DNA of 64,000 nt from Thermoplasmatota archaeon. GTDB taxonomy: Archaea; Thermoplasmatota; Poseidoniia; Poseidoniales; Thalassarchaeaceae. The notes beneath the pieces were generated by a model, which was given only the letters and a program-made list of their open reading frames with translations, was not told the DNA's origin and ran no database searches. A program made the position numbers and the translations under genes. Positions 19,643-29,391 of the stretch are shown in pieces. Within the stretch, counting starts at the first letter, position 1. Each line of letters begins with the position of its first letter. The stretch is taken from the NCBI GenBank assembly GCA_036154155.1, contig JAYZLP010000023.1, positions 3,056 through 67,055 of the forward strand, written 5' to 3'.

Positions 19643-20614
19643 TTTCTCAGGATCAGGACCTTCGATAATATCCATCAGTGGCTTCAGAATTCTCAGTATG
19701 TGCCTGTGTAATTCAGGTAATATATCGAACAGTGCTATGGCCATCAGGAACATTGCGAATAGGCTGGCAAACTTCGCCGCATAACTGTGCGTGAAATCGA
19801 ACATGCCGATTCCCAGAAAGGTCCAGTCAACATAAGTATCGCTGAGCCAAACAATTCCCGCATTCCTGAAGACATTCAGAACGTGAATGGTAGGCAGGAC
19901 GATCAACAGCGCGCGCATTCTGCGCTTCCAGGGGACTGACCTGAGAGCGAAAATAGCTCCTACGAAGATTATCATTGATTGCAGCCCCGAGCATGCGAGG
20001 ATGAAACTCACGCTAACTGGAGTCCCATCAGAGTGACTGAAAGGTACGAAGAATCCACTTTCACCAAGTGGCTGCGTGAGGATCCACTTGCTTCCCTCCC
20101 ACTGTGAGGCAAGTATGTCCCCCTCTGGCAGGTCGACCCTCATCAGTCCGACTTCGTATGACCCCATGCCTGCAAACTCAAGTAGCCATTCCGTGCTATG
20201 TGCCGTGAAACTGACAAACGCCATATTCAGCATAGGCACGCTGTAGACCGTGTAGTAAGGGATGACCGACCAAACAACCGCCCCTCTGAGCCAAACCAAT
20301 GACTCTGGAGCCATCTCCCAGTTTCTAACCTCCCAAATCCCGAGTGCTATTCCCGCAGGCAACGCTCCCGCTGTCATCGCAACCAACACGGGATCAGAAA
20401 TTTCCACGAAATGCGAAGACTGCAAGTAGAAGAACAAACCGAGAAATGACCACCCTATGGCCGAGCAATATGGAGAATATGACTTATCTTGGAGGTGAAA
20501 ACCTACTCCCAATAGGATAGCCCCCATCCAGCAGAATGACAGTCCCAACGTGAACTCCGTGACTCCAATTACCTCTGCCAAAGAGCCCACAAGCACCCCC
20601 ACAGGCTCCTCCAT
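19634..20614 (-). CDS. artA: archaeosortase A (exosortase family, processes PGF-CTERM proteins)
   Basis: Multi-TM protein with catalytic-triad-like motifs ILACSG, NVFRNAG and FDFTHS; a PGF-CTERM substrate is visible at 1-155. Confidence 0.85.
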   Translation of the reverse strand: MEEPVGVLVGSLAEVIGVTEFTLGLSFCWMGAILLGVGFHLQDKSYSPYCSAIGWSFLGLFFYLQSSHFVEISDPVLVAMTAGALPAGIALGIWEVRNWEMAPESLVWLRGAVVWSVIPYYTVYSVPMLNMAFVSFTAHSTEWLLEFAGMGSYEVGLMRVDLPEGDILASQWEGSKWILTQPLGESGFFVPFSHSDGTPVSVSFILACSGLQSMIIFVGAIFALRSVPWKRRMRALLIVLPTIHVLNVFRNAGIVWLSDTYVDWTFLGIGMFDFTHSYAAKFASLFAMFLMAIALFDILPELHRHILRILKPLMDIIEGPDPEKSS

Positions 20615-20675
20615 ATGTGCCAATGAGTCATCAACCCGTAAATATGATGCCCTCGACGGACAACCCGGTAAACAC

Positions 20676-21245
20676 ATGGCATTCGACTTCGAGGAGTTCG
20701 CAAATTCCTATATTTCGGACCTAAAAAGGACGCTCAGTGAACTCCCAATGGAGCCTATTTCGTCATTTTGGAGGATGGTTGAGGAAGTCAGATCCTCGGG
20801 CGGCAGTGTACACTTCATTGGTAACGGAGGAAGTGCAGCCACTCCCTCCCATAGTGCAGGGGACTGGTCCAAGGAACTGTCTCTGAGAACTATTTCACAC
20901 ACTGATAACACTTCTTCACTTACCGCATGGGCAAACGACACGGATTACTCCAACATTTTCGTTGGACAATTATCCACATTTGTAAGCGACGGTGACTTAG
21001 TGGTGGCTTACAGTGGCTCCGGAAACTCAGAGAACGTACTGAATGGAATCTCTTTCGCCAAGGAAAATGGCTGCTCAACGGCAGCAATTACTGGCGACTA
21101 CAAAGGTTTGGCAGGAGGAAAACTCGCTAAGCTTGCAGACGTGGCCATTGTTGTTCCGACCACTTCGATGGAGAGGATCGAGGATGTTCAACTAGTGATT
21201 AATCACATCATCAAGGAAGCCGTCAAATCGAACAATGGGTTGTGA
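20676..21245 (+). CDS. gmhA: sedoheptulose-7-phosphate (phosphoheptose) isomerase, SIS domain
   Basis: GNGGSAA..SH.AGD, LTAWAND..Y..IF..Q, SGSGNSEN and RIEDVQL motifs. Confidence 0.85.
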   Translation: MAFDFEEFANSYISDLKRTLSELPMEPISSFWRMVEEVRSSGGSVHFIGNGGSAATPSHSAGDWSKELSLRTISHTDNTSSLTAWANDTDYSNIFVGQLSTFVSDGDLVVAYSGSGNSENVLNGISFAKENGCSTAAITGDYKGLAGGKLAKLADVAIVVPTTSMERIEDVQLVINHIIKEAVKSNNGL

Positions 21246-21882
21246 TACAATGCTCCCACCCCAAAGGGACTCAGGAAAACTCGAACAACCACTGGATTTG
21301 ATGCCGCTACCCGATATGAAAGCATGGGATGGTAGAATCGCATACCTTGACAGGGACGGCGTCATAAACAGAGGTTTCGAGGACTACGTCAATTCAGTCG
21401 ATGAGGTCGAGTTACTACCAATGGCAGCTAAGTCAATTGGCGAACTCAGGAGATCAGGCTTCAGGGTTTGCGTTGTGACAAACCAGTCACCAGTGGGTCG
21501 CGGACTTTGGAGCAGAGAAAACCTAGCTTCAATTCATTCCGAGATAAGGAGGCTCCTCCTCATAGACGACAAGGACGCGCATCTGGACTTAGTTCTGCAT
21601 AGCCCATACGCCCCATGGGAGAACTCTTGGGCAAGAAAGCCGAATCCTGGGATGCTGGAGGCATCAAGACAAATAATGAATCATGCTCATTCGGACTCTT
21701 CGTTATCAGGCCTAACCATATTGTACGGCCCTGATTGGAAGGATAGGCCATCAGAGGAAGGCTCAGTAATGGTCGGTGACAGGGGAGTTGACATGAAGGC
21801 ATCCGCCGAATTTGGAGTAATTGGTTATAGGTGCGATCCCGATGATGGAATTGGTGGGGTCATCGAATCTATCCTGGGGTGA
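21235..21882 (+). CDS. gmhB: heptose-1,7-bisphosphate phosphatase-like HAD-IIIA hydrolase
   Basis: YLDRDGVIN, VVTNQS.VGRG, RKPNPGM and MVGDR..D motifs; overlaps the gmhA stop. Confidence 0.8.
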   Translation: MGCDTMLPPQRDSGKLEQPLDLMPLPDMKAWDGRIAYLDRDGVINRGFEDYVNSVDEVELLPMAAKSIGELRRSGFRVCVVTNQSPVGRGLWSRENLASIHSEIRRLLLIDDKDAHLDLVLHSPYAPWENSWARKPNPGMLEASRQIMNHAHSDSSLSGLTILYGPDWKDRPSEEGSVMVGDRGVDMKASAEFGVIGYRCDPDDGIGGVIESILG

Positions 21883-23144
21883 TCAGGCTGACTAAATCTC
21901 TCCGTACCACAGTCATGATTGGTCTGGATGACACCGACCATCCTGATGTAGGATGCACGACCCATGCTCTGGATTCGCTCGTGTCAAGAATATCGGAAGA
22001 ACCCTGGTCTGAGATATTGGAGAGGCGCCTGGTAAGACTCTGGCCCTTTGCACCAAGGAGGACTAGGGGGAATGGTGCACTTTGCGTGATTGCCTCAGTG
22101 GAATCATCTTCAATCGATCTCTTGGAGGGAATATGTGAAAGTTGGTTTGATGACCTAGCAGAGTCTATTTCCAAGTATCCAGATAATGGTATCAAGGCAT
22201 CACCTTGCCTTCTGATTTCATACAGTCGGACTCCAGAGTCATGGTACTGGGATTCAGTCAGGGCGGAGGTCGACATAGAAAACAGGAGGGCCGAGGTAAG
22301 GGCCTCTGGCACCAAGGTACTGGAGTTAGACGAGGGATGGGGCATTATTGGGGCTTCAGCGGCCATTTCATGGGTGCCAAGGGAGCACTCTTCGTGGGAA
22401 CTAATAGCCTGGAGGGATGAAGCAAGGGTTGGTTCAGAAAGAGAAGTCAGTCACGAGGCCGTTGCTCAGATGGCGCAAAGCCATCCAGAAACGTTCCTGA
22501 ACAGAGACCCCACCAAGAATAAGGGGCTGATTGCCCCTAGGACGCCATGTCCTGTTTTGTATGGCATCAGGGGCGAAACATGCAATTCAGTTACCGAAGC
22601 CCATATGTGGTTGCAAGGAAGAAACGACGTTGAGGCCAGCCATAAATGGGCCCCGCACAGAACCAATCAAATGTCCGATGACCACTTGGTCGGAGTCTGC
22701 ACAGGAACCGTACTTTCTCCACCTCATGAGGGAAGGGGGGCCCACACAAATCTCAGGGTTCTGGCCAATGGAAAGGTGTCCATTCTAGTGGTCTTCAAGG
22801 AGGGCGGAGAAGTCAACAGGCTAGTGAGGCAGTTAATTCCCGGAGACCGTATTAATTGGATGGGCTTAGAATCTCCCGATGGATCAATACACCTTGAGAG
22901 GGTCTCATTGCACTCTGCTGTTCCAAGGATTTCTTCACGGCCATCGTGTTGTGGTACGACAATGAGGAGTGCCGGAAGGAACCAATCCCTCAGATGCCTC
23001 AATTGCGGCAACACTAGTGACAAGTTGTGGGTGTCAGAACCATGGTCTCCCACCGGCGTCTCTCCTGTATCCGGTTGGTTTGAGCCGTCCCCCTCGCAGA
23101 GGAGGCACCTCGCAAAGCCACTAAATCAGGGAGTCCCCACGTAA
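21879..23144 (+). CDS. tiaS: tRNA(Ile2) agmatinylcytidine synthetase
   Basis: GLDDTD...GCTT, LVRLWP, TRGNGA, PCPVLYGIRG and TNQ.SDDH motifs, C-terminal Zn ribbon, RRHLAKP. Confidence 0.93.
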   Translation: MIRLTKSLRTTVMIGLDDTDHPDVGCTTHALDSLVSRISEEPWSEILERRLVRLWPFAPRRTRGNGALCVIASVESSSIDLLEGICESWFDDLAESISKYPDNGIKASPCLLISYSRTPESWYWDSVRAEVDIENRRAEVRASGTKVLELDEGWGIIGASAAISWVPREHSSWELIAWRDEARVGSEREVSHEAVAQMAQSHPETFLNRDPTKNKGLIAPRTPCPVLYGIRGETCNSVTEAHMWLQGRNDVEASHKWAPHRTNQMSDDHLVGVCTGTVLSPPHEGRGAHTNLRVLANGKVSILVVFKEGGEVNRLVRQLIPGDRINWMGLESPDGSIHLERVSLHSAVPRISSRPSCCGTTMRSAGRNQSLRCLNCGNTSDKLWVSEPWSPTGVSPVSGWFEPSPSQRRHLAKPLNQGVPT

Positions 23145-23161
23145 TAAATGGAGAAACCAAA

Positions 23162-23377
23162 ATGGCCATTTCCACAGAGGCTCTCCTACAGGCCATCCTC
23201 ATACTAACCGCATTGGCTCTATTGTGGCTTATTTTCAAGAGGAACTCATTTGGCAGCACAGAGGAAGATGATGAATACTCGGGCTTAGCTAGGGACCCAG
23301 AGTCACTTTCGGAACCAACTCCAGAGGCCATTTCTGAGCTGGATAGGCTGATTCAGAAAGGATCAGACCAACGATAG
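23162..23377 (+). CDS. small single-pass membrane protein, hypothetical
   Basis: 71 aa with an N-terminal TM helix and acidic tail; GGAG RBS upstream. Confidence 0.6.
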   Translation: MAISTEALLQAILILTALALLWLIFKRNSFGSTEEDDEYSGLARDPESLSEPTPEAISELDRLIQKGSDQR

Positions 23378-23935
23378 TCCAAATCTCCCCATCTCCAGAA
23401 GCTTCTCATCTCCATCGTCACTGAGGATCCTATATGACTCTCTCCTGGGGTGTCTAAGCAACATTACAGTCCGTAATGCCCCTGCAAGGCCCCGCTCCCC
23501 TCTAGCAATCAATGGGGGCCCAGAACCCGATGCGTTACCTACTGCGGACGATGTAGCTATAATTCCACATTCTGATAGCTTCGCAATTTTGGTCAATGAA
23601 TCACTAACCTCTTTCCTTGTCCTGCCAATCGGCTCGCACCAGTCATCAATTACCAACAGTCCACCACTCCCCAATTGACCGATATTATCGAGAATGAGGT
23701 CCTCAATCAGAGGCAAGCTGCTCCCAAACTCAATGATTCTCATTTCCATAATCTGATTATTATCCAAGCCATCCATAATCTCTGAGAATCTTGATCCGTC
23801 CGGCGCATTCATACACGCCCAGATTACAGAGCTGCCATTTTCCAAGGCCTCCCTGGCCATATTCAGGCAGAGTGTAGTTCTACCTGCCCCTGGTTCAGAC
23901 GATAGATGTACACCACCTCGGCCCAAATCTATCAT
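23363..23935 (-). CDS. degenerate RecA/RadB/KaiC-like P-loop protein
   Basis: Walker A-like SEPGAGRTTLC and Walker B-like LLVIDD; single 190-aa domain. Confidence 0.65.
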   Translation of the reverse strand: MIDLGRGGVHLSSEPGAGRTTLCLNMAREALENGSSVIWACMNAPDGSRFSEIMDGLDNNQIMEMRIIEFGSSLPLIEDLILDNIGQLGSGGLLVIDDWCEPIGRTRKEVSDSLTKIAKLSECGIIATSSAVGNASGSGPPLIARGERGLAGALRTVMLLRHPRRESYRILSDDGDEKLLEMGRFGLSLV

Positions 23936-24030
23936 ATGCTTTGCTCCGAAACATCGCGAATGAGCATTACTGAGGAAGATTGCTGTTTTCCTCTAAAAAG
24001 AATATTGTACATGCACTCGCAGTCAGTGCC

Positions 24031-24252
24031 ATGAGCGGCGCACCACGAGGCAAGGAGAGAATTCCAAGGAGGCCCCTCCCCGCCTTCGAGGAGACCGAGT
24101 CCGGAATCGTCGAAGGCATTACTGAATCCGGTTTCCTCAAAGTCGCACTTGATGACGTAAACCAATACGGCCCCCATGCAATGATTGTACTTCTGGGAAT
24201 TGTAGCCGCTGCCACAGCAGCAGTATTGATGGTCGCGATGTTCCTAACCTAG
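24031..24252 (+). CDS. small tail-anchored membrane protein, hypothetical
   Basis: About 73 aa with a C-terminal hydrophobic helix; fills the gap between convergent genes. Confidence 0.6.
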   Translation: MSGAPRGKERIPRRPLPAFEETESGIVEGITESGFLKVALDDVNQYGPHAMIVLLGIVAAATAAVLMVAMFLT

Positions 24253-25598
24253 GCCATTAATTCCCTAGCGATGGTCACCGCACTATCCACGATCTCGCCT
24301 GATACGCCAAGGTGCCCTCGAGGATCGAACAAATCGTCTAATTGGTCAGTGTCGAATATTGAAGATATTGACTCAGAAGAAACGCATACCTCCTTCAGAT
24401 GCACCCCCTCCTCCATTGCCTTCATTGAAGCAGCCCTGAGCTCCTCATGTGCCTTGTCCCTAGGCATCCCCGAATCAACTAGTGCAAGCATCATCTTCTC
24501 TGCCATAACGAGGCCATTCTGACTTTCGATATTCTCCAACATTCTTTCTCTGTTGACGACCAGCCTTGAAAGGACCCTGTCGCACTTGTCTAATATGTCG
24601 TCTAGGAGTATCATAGAGTGCGAGAGAGTGAATCTCTCCGATGAAGAGTTGGCAAGGTCTCTTTCGTGCCACAGAAGCGCATTTTCATACGATGGAACGA
24701 TCATCGATCTTACAATTCTGGCAAGCCCACAGGCATTTTCAGCCGTAATCGGGTTCTTTTTGTGAGCCATGGTCGATGAACCGACCTGCTTCTTCACGTC
24801 GAATGACTCTGCTACCTCGCCAATCTCGCTTCTCTGTAGATTCCTAACTTCCTGTAGGATTTTCTCAATACTGGTTGCCACATTGGACATCCATCCGACC
24901 CACTCAATGTACCTGTCCCTGCCAACTACCTGTGTGGTCGCAACTGGTATCCCGAGACCCAATTCAGTGAGTATGAGCCTCTGTAGCTCGATTGCCCTCT
25001 CGCCTTGTGCGGCACCAGTCCCAACTGCTCCTAGGAACTTACCAGTGGTAGCCCTCGGGGCCAACTCATCAAGCCTAACCATGTGCCTACGGAACTCATC
25101 TACCCAAACAGCCACTTTCAATCCGAATGTTATGGGGACCGCAGCTTGTCCATGGGTCCTGCCTAGCATTATCGTATCCCTTTCCCTCTCTGCTAGGTCA
25201 CACATGGTCGAAGTCAGTCTTACGAGCATCTCTTTCTGTAACTCTATGCTATTCTTGATTTGGAGTGCAACAGCGGAGTCTACGATATCGTTACTTGTGG
25301 CCCCGAGGTGAATGCACCAACCTGCCTCTCCCGCCACTTCTGCCATTGCCTTAGTGAGTGCCATGATGTCATGCCTGGTTTCTGCCTCGATCTCATCGAC
25401 CCTGTCGGCCGTGACAATTCCGGGGTCCGAAATATCAGCAATTATGTCATAGTGCTCCGGGCTAACTATCCCCATTTTGCTATGGGCCCAAACCAATGCC
25501 CTCTCGACTTCCAATTGCCTAGAATGCCTTCCTTCGCGAGACCATATGGCCTTAGCTTCATCCCGCCCATACCTATAGTCCAGAGGTGATACTGACAT
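24249..25598 (-). CDS. purB: adenylosuccinate lyase
   Basis: SPLDYRYG, TRHD, HLGATSND, GRTHGQ, GSSTMAHKKNP and HERDL motifs. Confidence 0.97.
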   Translation of the reverse strand: MSVSPLDYRYGRDEAKAIWSREGRHSRQLEVERALVWAHSKMGIVSPEHYDIIADISDPGIVTADRVDEIEAETRHDIMALTKAMAEVAGEAGWCIHLGATSNDIVDSAVALQIKNSIELQKEMLVRLTSTMCDLAERERDTIMLGRTHGQAAVPITFGLKVAVWVDEFRRHMVRLDELAPRATTGKFLGAVGTGAAQGERAIELQRLILTELGLGIPVATTQVVGRDRYIEWVGWMSNVATSIEKILQEVRNLQRSEIGEVAESFDVKKQVGSSTMAHKKNPITAENACGLARIVRSMIVPSYENALLWHERDLANSSSERFTLSHSMILLDDILDKCDRVLSRLVVNRERMLENIESQNGLVMAEKMMLALVDSGMPRDKAHEELRAASMKAMEEGVHLKEVCVSSESISSIFDTDQLDDLFDPRGHLGVSGEIVDSAVTIARELMA

Positions 25599-25638
25599 AC
25601 TTCCCCGTGTCGTTCCGACCCCAGTCCCCTGTTTGAGT

Positions 25639-26391
25639 CTAGCGCACGGGTGTTAGCCTTGCAGAATTGACATTCCATGCCCCTCTGGAGCCTTCCCAAG
25701 CAACTTCCCCCACTGCCTCTATACTCCGTTCCATATGTGGAGCTCCAAGAACTAGCGTCTCAAACTCCCCTCCCTCTCCATCTACATTGAATCTGTATCT
25801 TCTCGAGAGATCCTGTAGTCGTTCAACTTCCTCATTCCCTATACTGGCGCCCAGCCACTCAACGCCCAGCCCCTCGCAAGAGACTGAGGCAATACGGACA
25901 TCGAAGCCGTGTCGGCAGAGATTTTCCATGTGCTTATCAGGGGAGTTATGCCAGAGTGGTGAGAACGAATGAACACCCAATCTCTCGCACATCATCTCTA
26001 TCCTGGTCTTTTGAAAATCGGATCTGAGGGCCCCGGAGACAACAGCATCAAACTCCAACAAACCCTCATGAATCTCTATTCCAGAAGAGTCCCACCCCTC
26101 GGGCCACGCCTTTTCCATAGCCAGTCCTGGCTCGGAAAGACCTCTCAGACCACCTTCCAAATCCCTCATTTCCTGCTCAATGTCCCCCGAAGTCAGTATT
26201 GGTAGCCATGGGATTCCCGCTGATGCCGCTTGCATGCCGGCTATGGCAACCCCCTGAGTTTGGAACATCATTGAATCATCTCCAGTTATGCACATGGTAA
26301 CTACGGCCTTGACGTCCCAGCCCCTCATTAGTGCCCACCAAGTGGAATATGCGGAATCTTTTCCCCCTGAACCCATAATTACCACTCTCAT
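25639..26391 (-). CDS. dph6: diphthine--ammonia ligase
   Basis: PP-loop SGGKDS, GALRSDFQ, PLW and GEGGEFET motifs. Confidence 0.9.
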   Translation of the reverse strand: MRVVIMGSGGKDSAYSTWWALMRGWDVKAVVTMCITGDDSMMFQTQGVAIAGMQAASAGIPWLPILTSGDIEQEMRDLEGGLRGLSEPGLAMEKAWPEGWDSSGIEIHEGLLEFDAVVSGALRSDFQKTRIEMMCERLGVHSFSPLWHNSPDKHMENLCRHGFDVRIASVSCEGLGVEWLGASIGNEEVERLQDLSRRYRFNVDGEGGEFETLVLGAPHMERSIEAVGEVAWEGSRGAWNVNSARLTPVR

Positions 26392-26490
26392 GCATCCCCC
26401 TGTGGGCTGAAGCGCTTGAATGCCTCGATTGACGAGCCTCTTAACAACCAACCTTGATAAGAGGCCAGTGAGGCATGGGGCTTGATAGCG

Positions 26491-27198
26491 ATGCAGCCAA
26501 GCGGACGTGGATACGACTCATCAGTAGGAACTTTCTCACCAGACGGACGACTTCACCAGGTGGAGTACGCTAGAGAGTCGGTAAAGAGGGGCTCAACAAC
26601 AGTGGGCCTGAAATTCCGTGATGGAGTCATACTGATAGTGGCGAAGAGGATACCAAGCAGACTTGTAATTCCCGACTCAATAGAAAAAATGTATCAGATC
26701 GATGACCACATTGGCATTACAACATCTGGTTTGGTGGCCGATGCTAGGCAGTTGGTTGATAGGGCTAGAGTCCAGTGCCAGATAAACAGAATGACATACG
26801 GGGCTCAGATCGATGTGACATCTCTGGTGAAGAAGATGTGCGACTACAAGCAATCATTCACCCAATATGGGGGAGCCAGGCCATTCGGAACCGCATTACT
26901 GATTGCAGGGGTTGATTCAGATGGACCCCACCTCTTCGAGACCGACCCATCCGGTGCATATGGCTCATATCAGGCGGGAGCTATTGGGAGCGGCCGCAGT
27001 GAGGTGATCGCTTACTTCGAGGATAAGTGGAAACCGGGCATGACTGAGAACGCTTCGATTAAGATAGGGCTCGAGGCCCTGGCTGAAACCCTTGAAGACG
27101 GCCTTTCCGGAGATTCGGTAGAGATTTGCGTCATTGATGGAAATGGGTACAGAGAACTGTCGTCGGAAGATACTGAGAAGCATCTTGCCAAGTTGTAG
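26491..27198 (+). CDS. psmA: 20S proteasome alpha subunit
   Basis: GYD....FSPDGRLHQVEYA, SGLVADAR, RPFG and TDPSG motifs. Confidence 0.97.
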   Translation: MQPSGRGYDSSVGTFSPDGRLHQVEYARESVKRGSTTVGLKFRDGVILIVAKRIPSRLVIPDSIEKMYQIDDHIGITTSGLVADARQLVDRARVQCQINRMTYGAQIDVTSLVKKMCDYKQSFTQYGGARPFGTALLIAGVDSDGPHLFETDPSGAYGSYQAGAIGSGRSEVIAYFEDKWKPGMTENASIKIGLEALAETLEDGLSGDSVEICVIDGNGYRELSSEDTEKHLAKL

Positions 27199-27252
27199 GT
27201 ACAGTGGCAAGCACTATCCCCCCGTTCACACTCGGCTCCTTGAGGGAGCTCA

Positions 27253-27942
27253 TTGGTCAGTCTGGATGATGCCGTAATCGCTCGTATCGAGAAAGGGGGC
27301 AGTAGGTACGAGATCCTAGTTGATCCGGATTTGGTCGATGAATGGAAAAACGATCCCTCTTCTGTTGAAATGGACGACCTTCTTGCAATAGGAGAGGTAT
27401 GGACCGACTCCAAGAATGGCGAGAGGCCAACCTCGGATGCATTGGAGAATGTATTCGGATCAAGTGATCTTGAGGTCTGTGTATCTAAGATACTGAGAGA
27501 TGGCAGCATACAGCTAACTACAGCTCAACGCAAAAAGATGGTCGAGGAAAAGAGACTGCAGATAATTAGTGAAATTGCTAGCACTGCAACCGATCCAAAG
27601 ACAAAGATGCCTCATCCACGCACCAGGATTGAGAACGCACTCGACGAGGCTAGATTTTCCGTAGATCCTTTCAAGTCTGTAGAAAGCCAGGTAAGTGACG
27701 CAATAAAAGTCCTGAAACCCCTGATTCCTCTTCAATTCATCACAGTCAGGCTCGCGTTCAAGATACCGGGGAGCTCCTATGGCTCAGTGAACCAGATGCT
27801 TCGTGATTCTGTAATGAGGGAGGAATGGCTCTCTGATGGCACGTGGGCCTGTGTAATTGAGGTCCCGGGCGGCATGAAAAACGAGGTCATCAGCAAGGTT
27901 GCCAGCAGAGCTTCAGATGCTGAAGTAAGAGAACTTGACTGA
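27253..27942 (+). CDS. ribosome maturation factor SBDS/Sdo1
   Basis: VIAR....G.RYEILVDP, IQLT..QRK, DPKTK.PHP..RIENAL and EEWLSDG motifs; TTG start. Confidence 0.94.
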   Translation: MVSLDDAVIARIEKGGSRYEILVDPDLVDEWKNDPSSVEMDDLLAIGEVWTDSKNGERPTSDALENVFGSSDLEVCVSKILRDGSIQLTTAQRKKMVEEKRLQIISEIASTATDPKTKMPHPRTRIENALDEARFSVDPFKSVESQVSDAIKVLKPLIPLQFITVRLAFKIPGSSYGSVNQMLRDSVMREEWLSDGTWACVIEVPGGMKNEVISKVASRASDAEVRELD

Positions 27943-28006
27943 TATTTCACCGTAGGTGGTAGCATCAACGGTTATGAAGGGCTGGCCGGTCGCGCGGCCC
28001 GATACT

Positions 28007-28675
28007 ATGAGTAGAGAGAGCGACGCGGACGGACCGCGAGACTCACGACGAGACCTCGTCGTCGTGCCCGGGGAAGACCTCGGTGTATCAGAGGGGTATG
28101 AGGCAGGGCACGGAGTACTAGTTGTCGACGGCCGCCTCAAATCGACGAAACAAGGACGAATGAATACGAAGGGCAGCACTGTCTCAGTGGAGCCCCTTCA
28201 CACTACATACATGCCCAGGCCGGGAGATCTGGTGATTGGGCATATAGAAGGGTGCACGAACAATATATGGTTCGTTGACATAGGAGCGCCCTTCAACTCC
28301 ATACTTCCTATGAGCCTAGGGCCAGCTAAGGTTGAGTTCGGGGGGACTAGGAAGGTACTGGACATAGGAGACTCTATTCTCTGCAGGGTTCAAGAAGTTG
28401 AAGAGACCCATCAGAGTGTTGTTACAATGAAAGGGCTCGGCCTCAGGAAGATTAGGTCCGGCGCACTCGACGATGTCGACCCACACCTTCTGGGCAGGCT
28501 AATTGGCAAGGGGGGAAACTTCCTCAGAGACTTGAAACTTGAGTCCGAGTGCCGGATAGTCGTAGCCGAGAACGGCCGATTGTGGATAGACGGAGGCCTA
28601 GAGGGAATTCTCAAGGTGAGAAAATCACTGAAGGAATTATCTCATGAGGCAAGACAAGTTGGAGGTGTTAATTGA
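28007..28675 (+). CDS. rrp4: exosome RNA-binding subunit Rrp4
   Basis: VVPGE, YMPRPGDLVIG, S1 domain and KH domain (RLIGKGG, ENGRLW). Confidence 0.93.
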   Translation: MSRESDADGPRDSRRDLVVVPGEDLGVSEGYEAGHGVLVVDGRLKSTKQGRMNTKGSTVSVEPLHTTYMPRPGDLVIGHIEGCTNNIWFVDIGAPFNSILPMSLGPAKVEFGGTRKVLDIGDSILCRVQEVEETHQSVVTMKGLGLRKIRSGALDDVDPHLLGRLIGKGGNFLRDLKLESECRIVVAENGRLWIDGGLEGILKVRKSLKELSHEARQVGGVN

Positions 28676-29391
28676 TGGGAGGATACGGAGACGTACAGAT
28701 GATTGATGAGAATGGCCTTAGAATGGACGGTAGGAAGCCTGGCGACGTACGACCTATCACTATCGAAACAGGCGTTGTGCCAGTAGCCGATGGCTCATGC
28801 AGGATGACATGGGGCACCAACGAGGTCATCGTCGCTGTATATGGGCCAATGGAGGCTCATCCAAGGAAGATCCAGAGGCAGGATAGAGCAGTACTTGACG
28901 TCGCATACAATATGGCACCATTCTCTACATCGGACAGGATAAGGCCCGGATTCAACCGACGCAGCAGGGAGATAAGCAAGGTAACCGCCGATGCTCTTGA
29001 GAGCGTCGTCCTTCTGGAGCTTTATCCACGCTCAAAGATCAGAGTCGGAATTGAGATAGTTTCTGCCGAGGCTGGAACCAGATGCGTGGGATTGACTGCT
29101 GCCTCAGTTGCTCTGGCTGATGCCGGCATACCCATGACTGACCTTGTGGTTAGCGTTGCAAGTGGCAAGATCAACGATGTCGTGGTCTGTGACCTGAACA
29201 AGGAGGAGGATAACTACGGAGAGGCAGATTTGCCAATGGGAATTCTCCCAAACACAGGCGAACTTGTGTTCCTACAGATGGACGGGGACTTGTCTCCAGA
29301 TGAGTTCAAGCAAGCATGGGACTACAACATGGATGCAGCGATGGAAGTTCACAAACTGATGGTTGAGGCCTTGAAGGGAGGTGGGAACTGA
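28672..29391 (+). CDS. rrp41: exosome catalytic subunit Rrp41
   Basis: GLRMDGR, ADGS, MAPFS..DR, RRSREISKV, AGTRC and DLNKEED motifs. Confidence 0.96.
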   Translation: MMGGYGDVQMIDENGLRMDGRKPGDVRPITIETGVVPVADGSCRMTWGTNEVIVAVYGPMEAHPRKIQRQDRAVLDVAYNMAPFSTSDRIRPGFNRRSREISKVTADALESVVLLELYPRSKIRVGIEIVSAEAGTRCVGLTAASVALADAGIPMTDLVVSVASGKINDVVVCDLNKEEDNYGEADLPMGILPNTGELVFLQMDGDLSPDEFKQAWDYNMDAAMEVHKLMVEALKGGGN

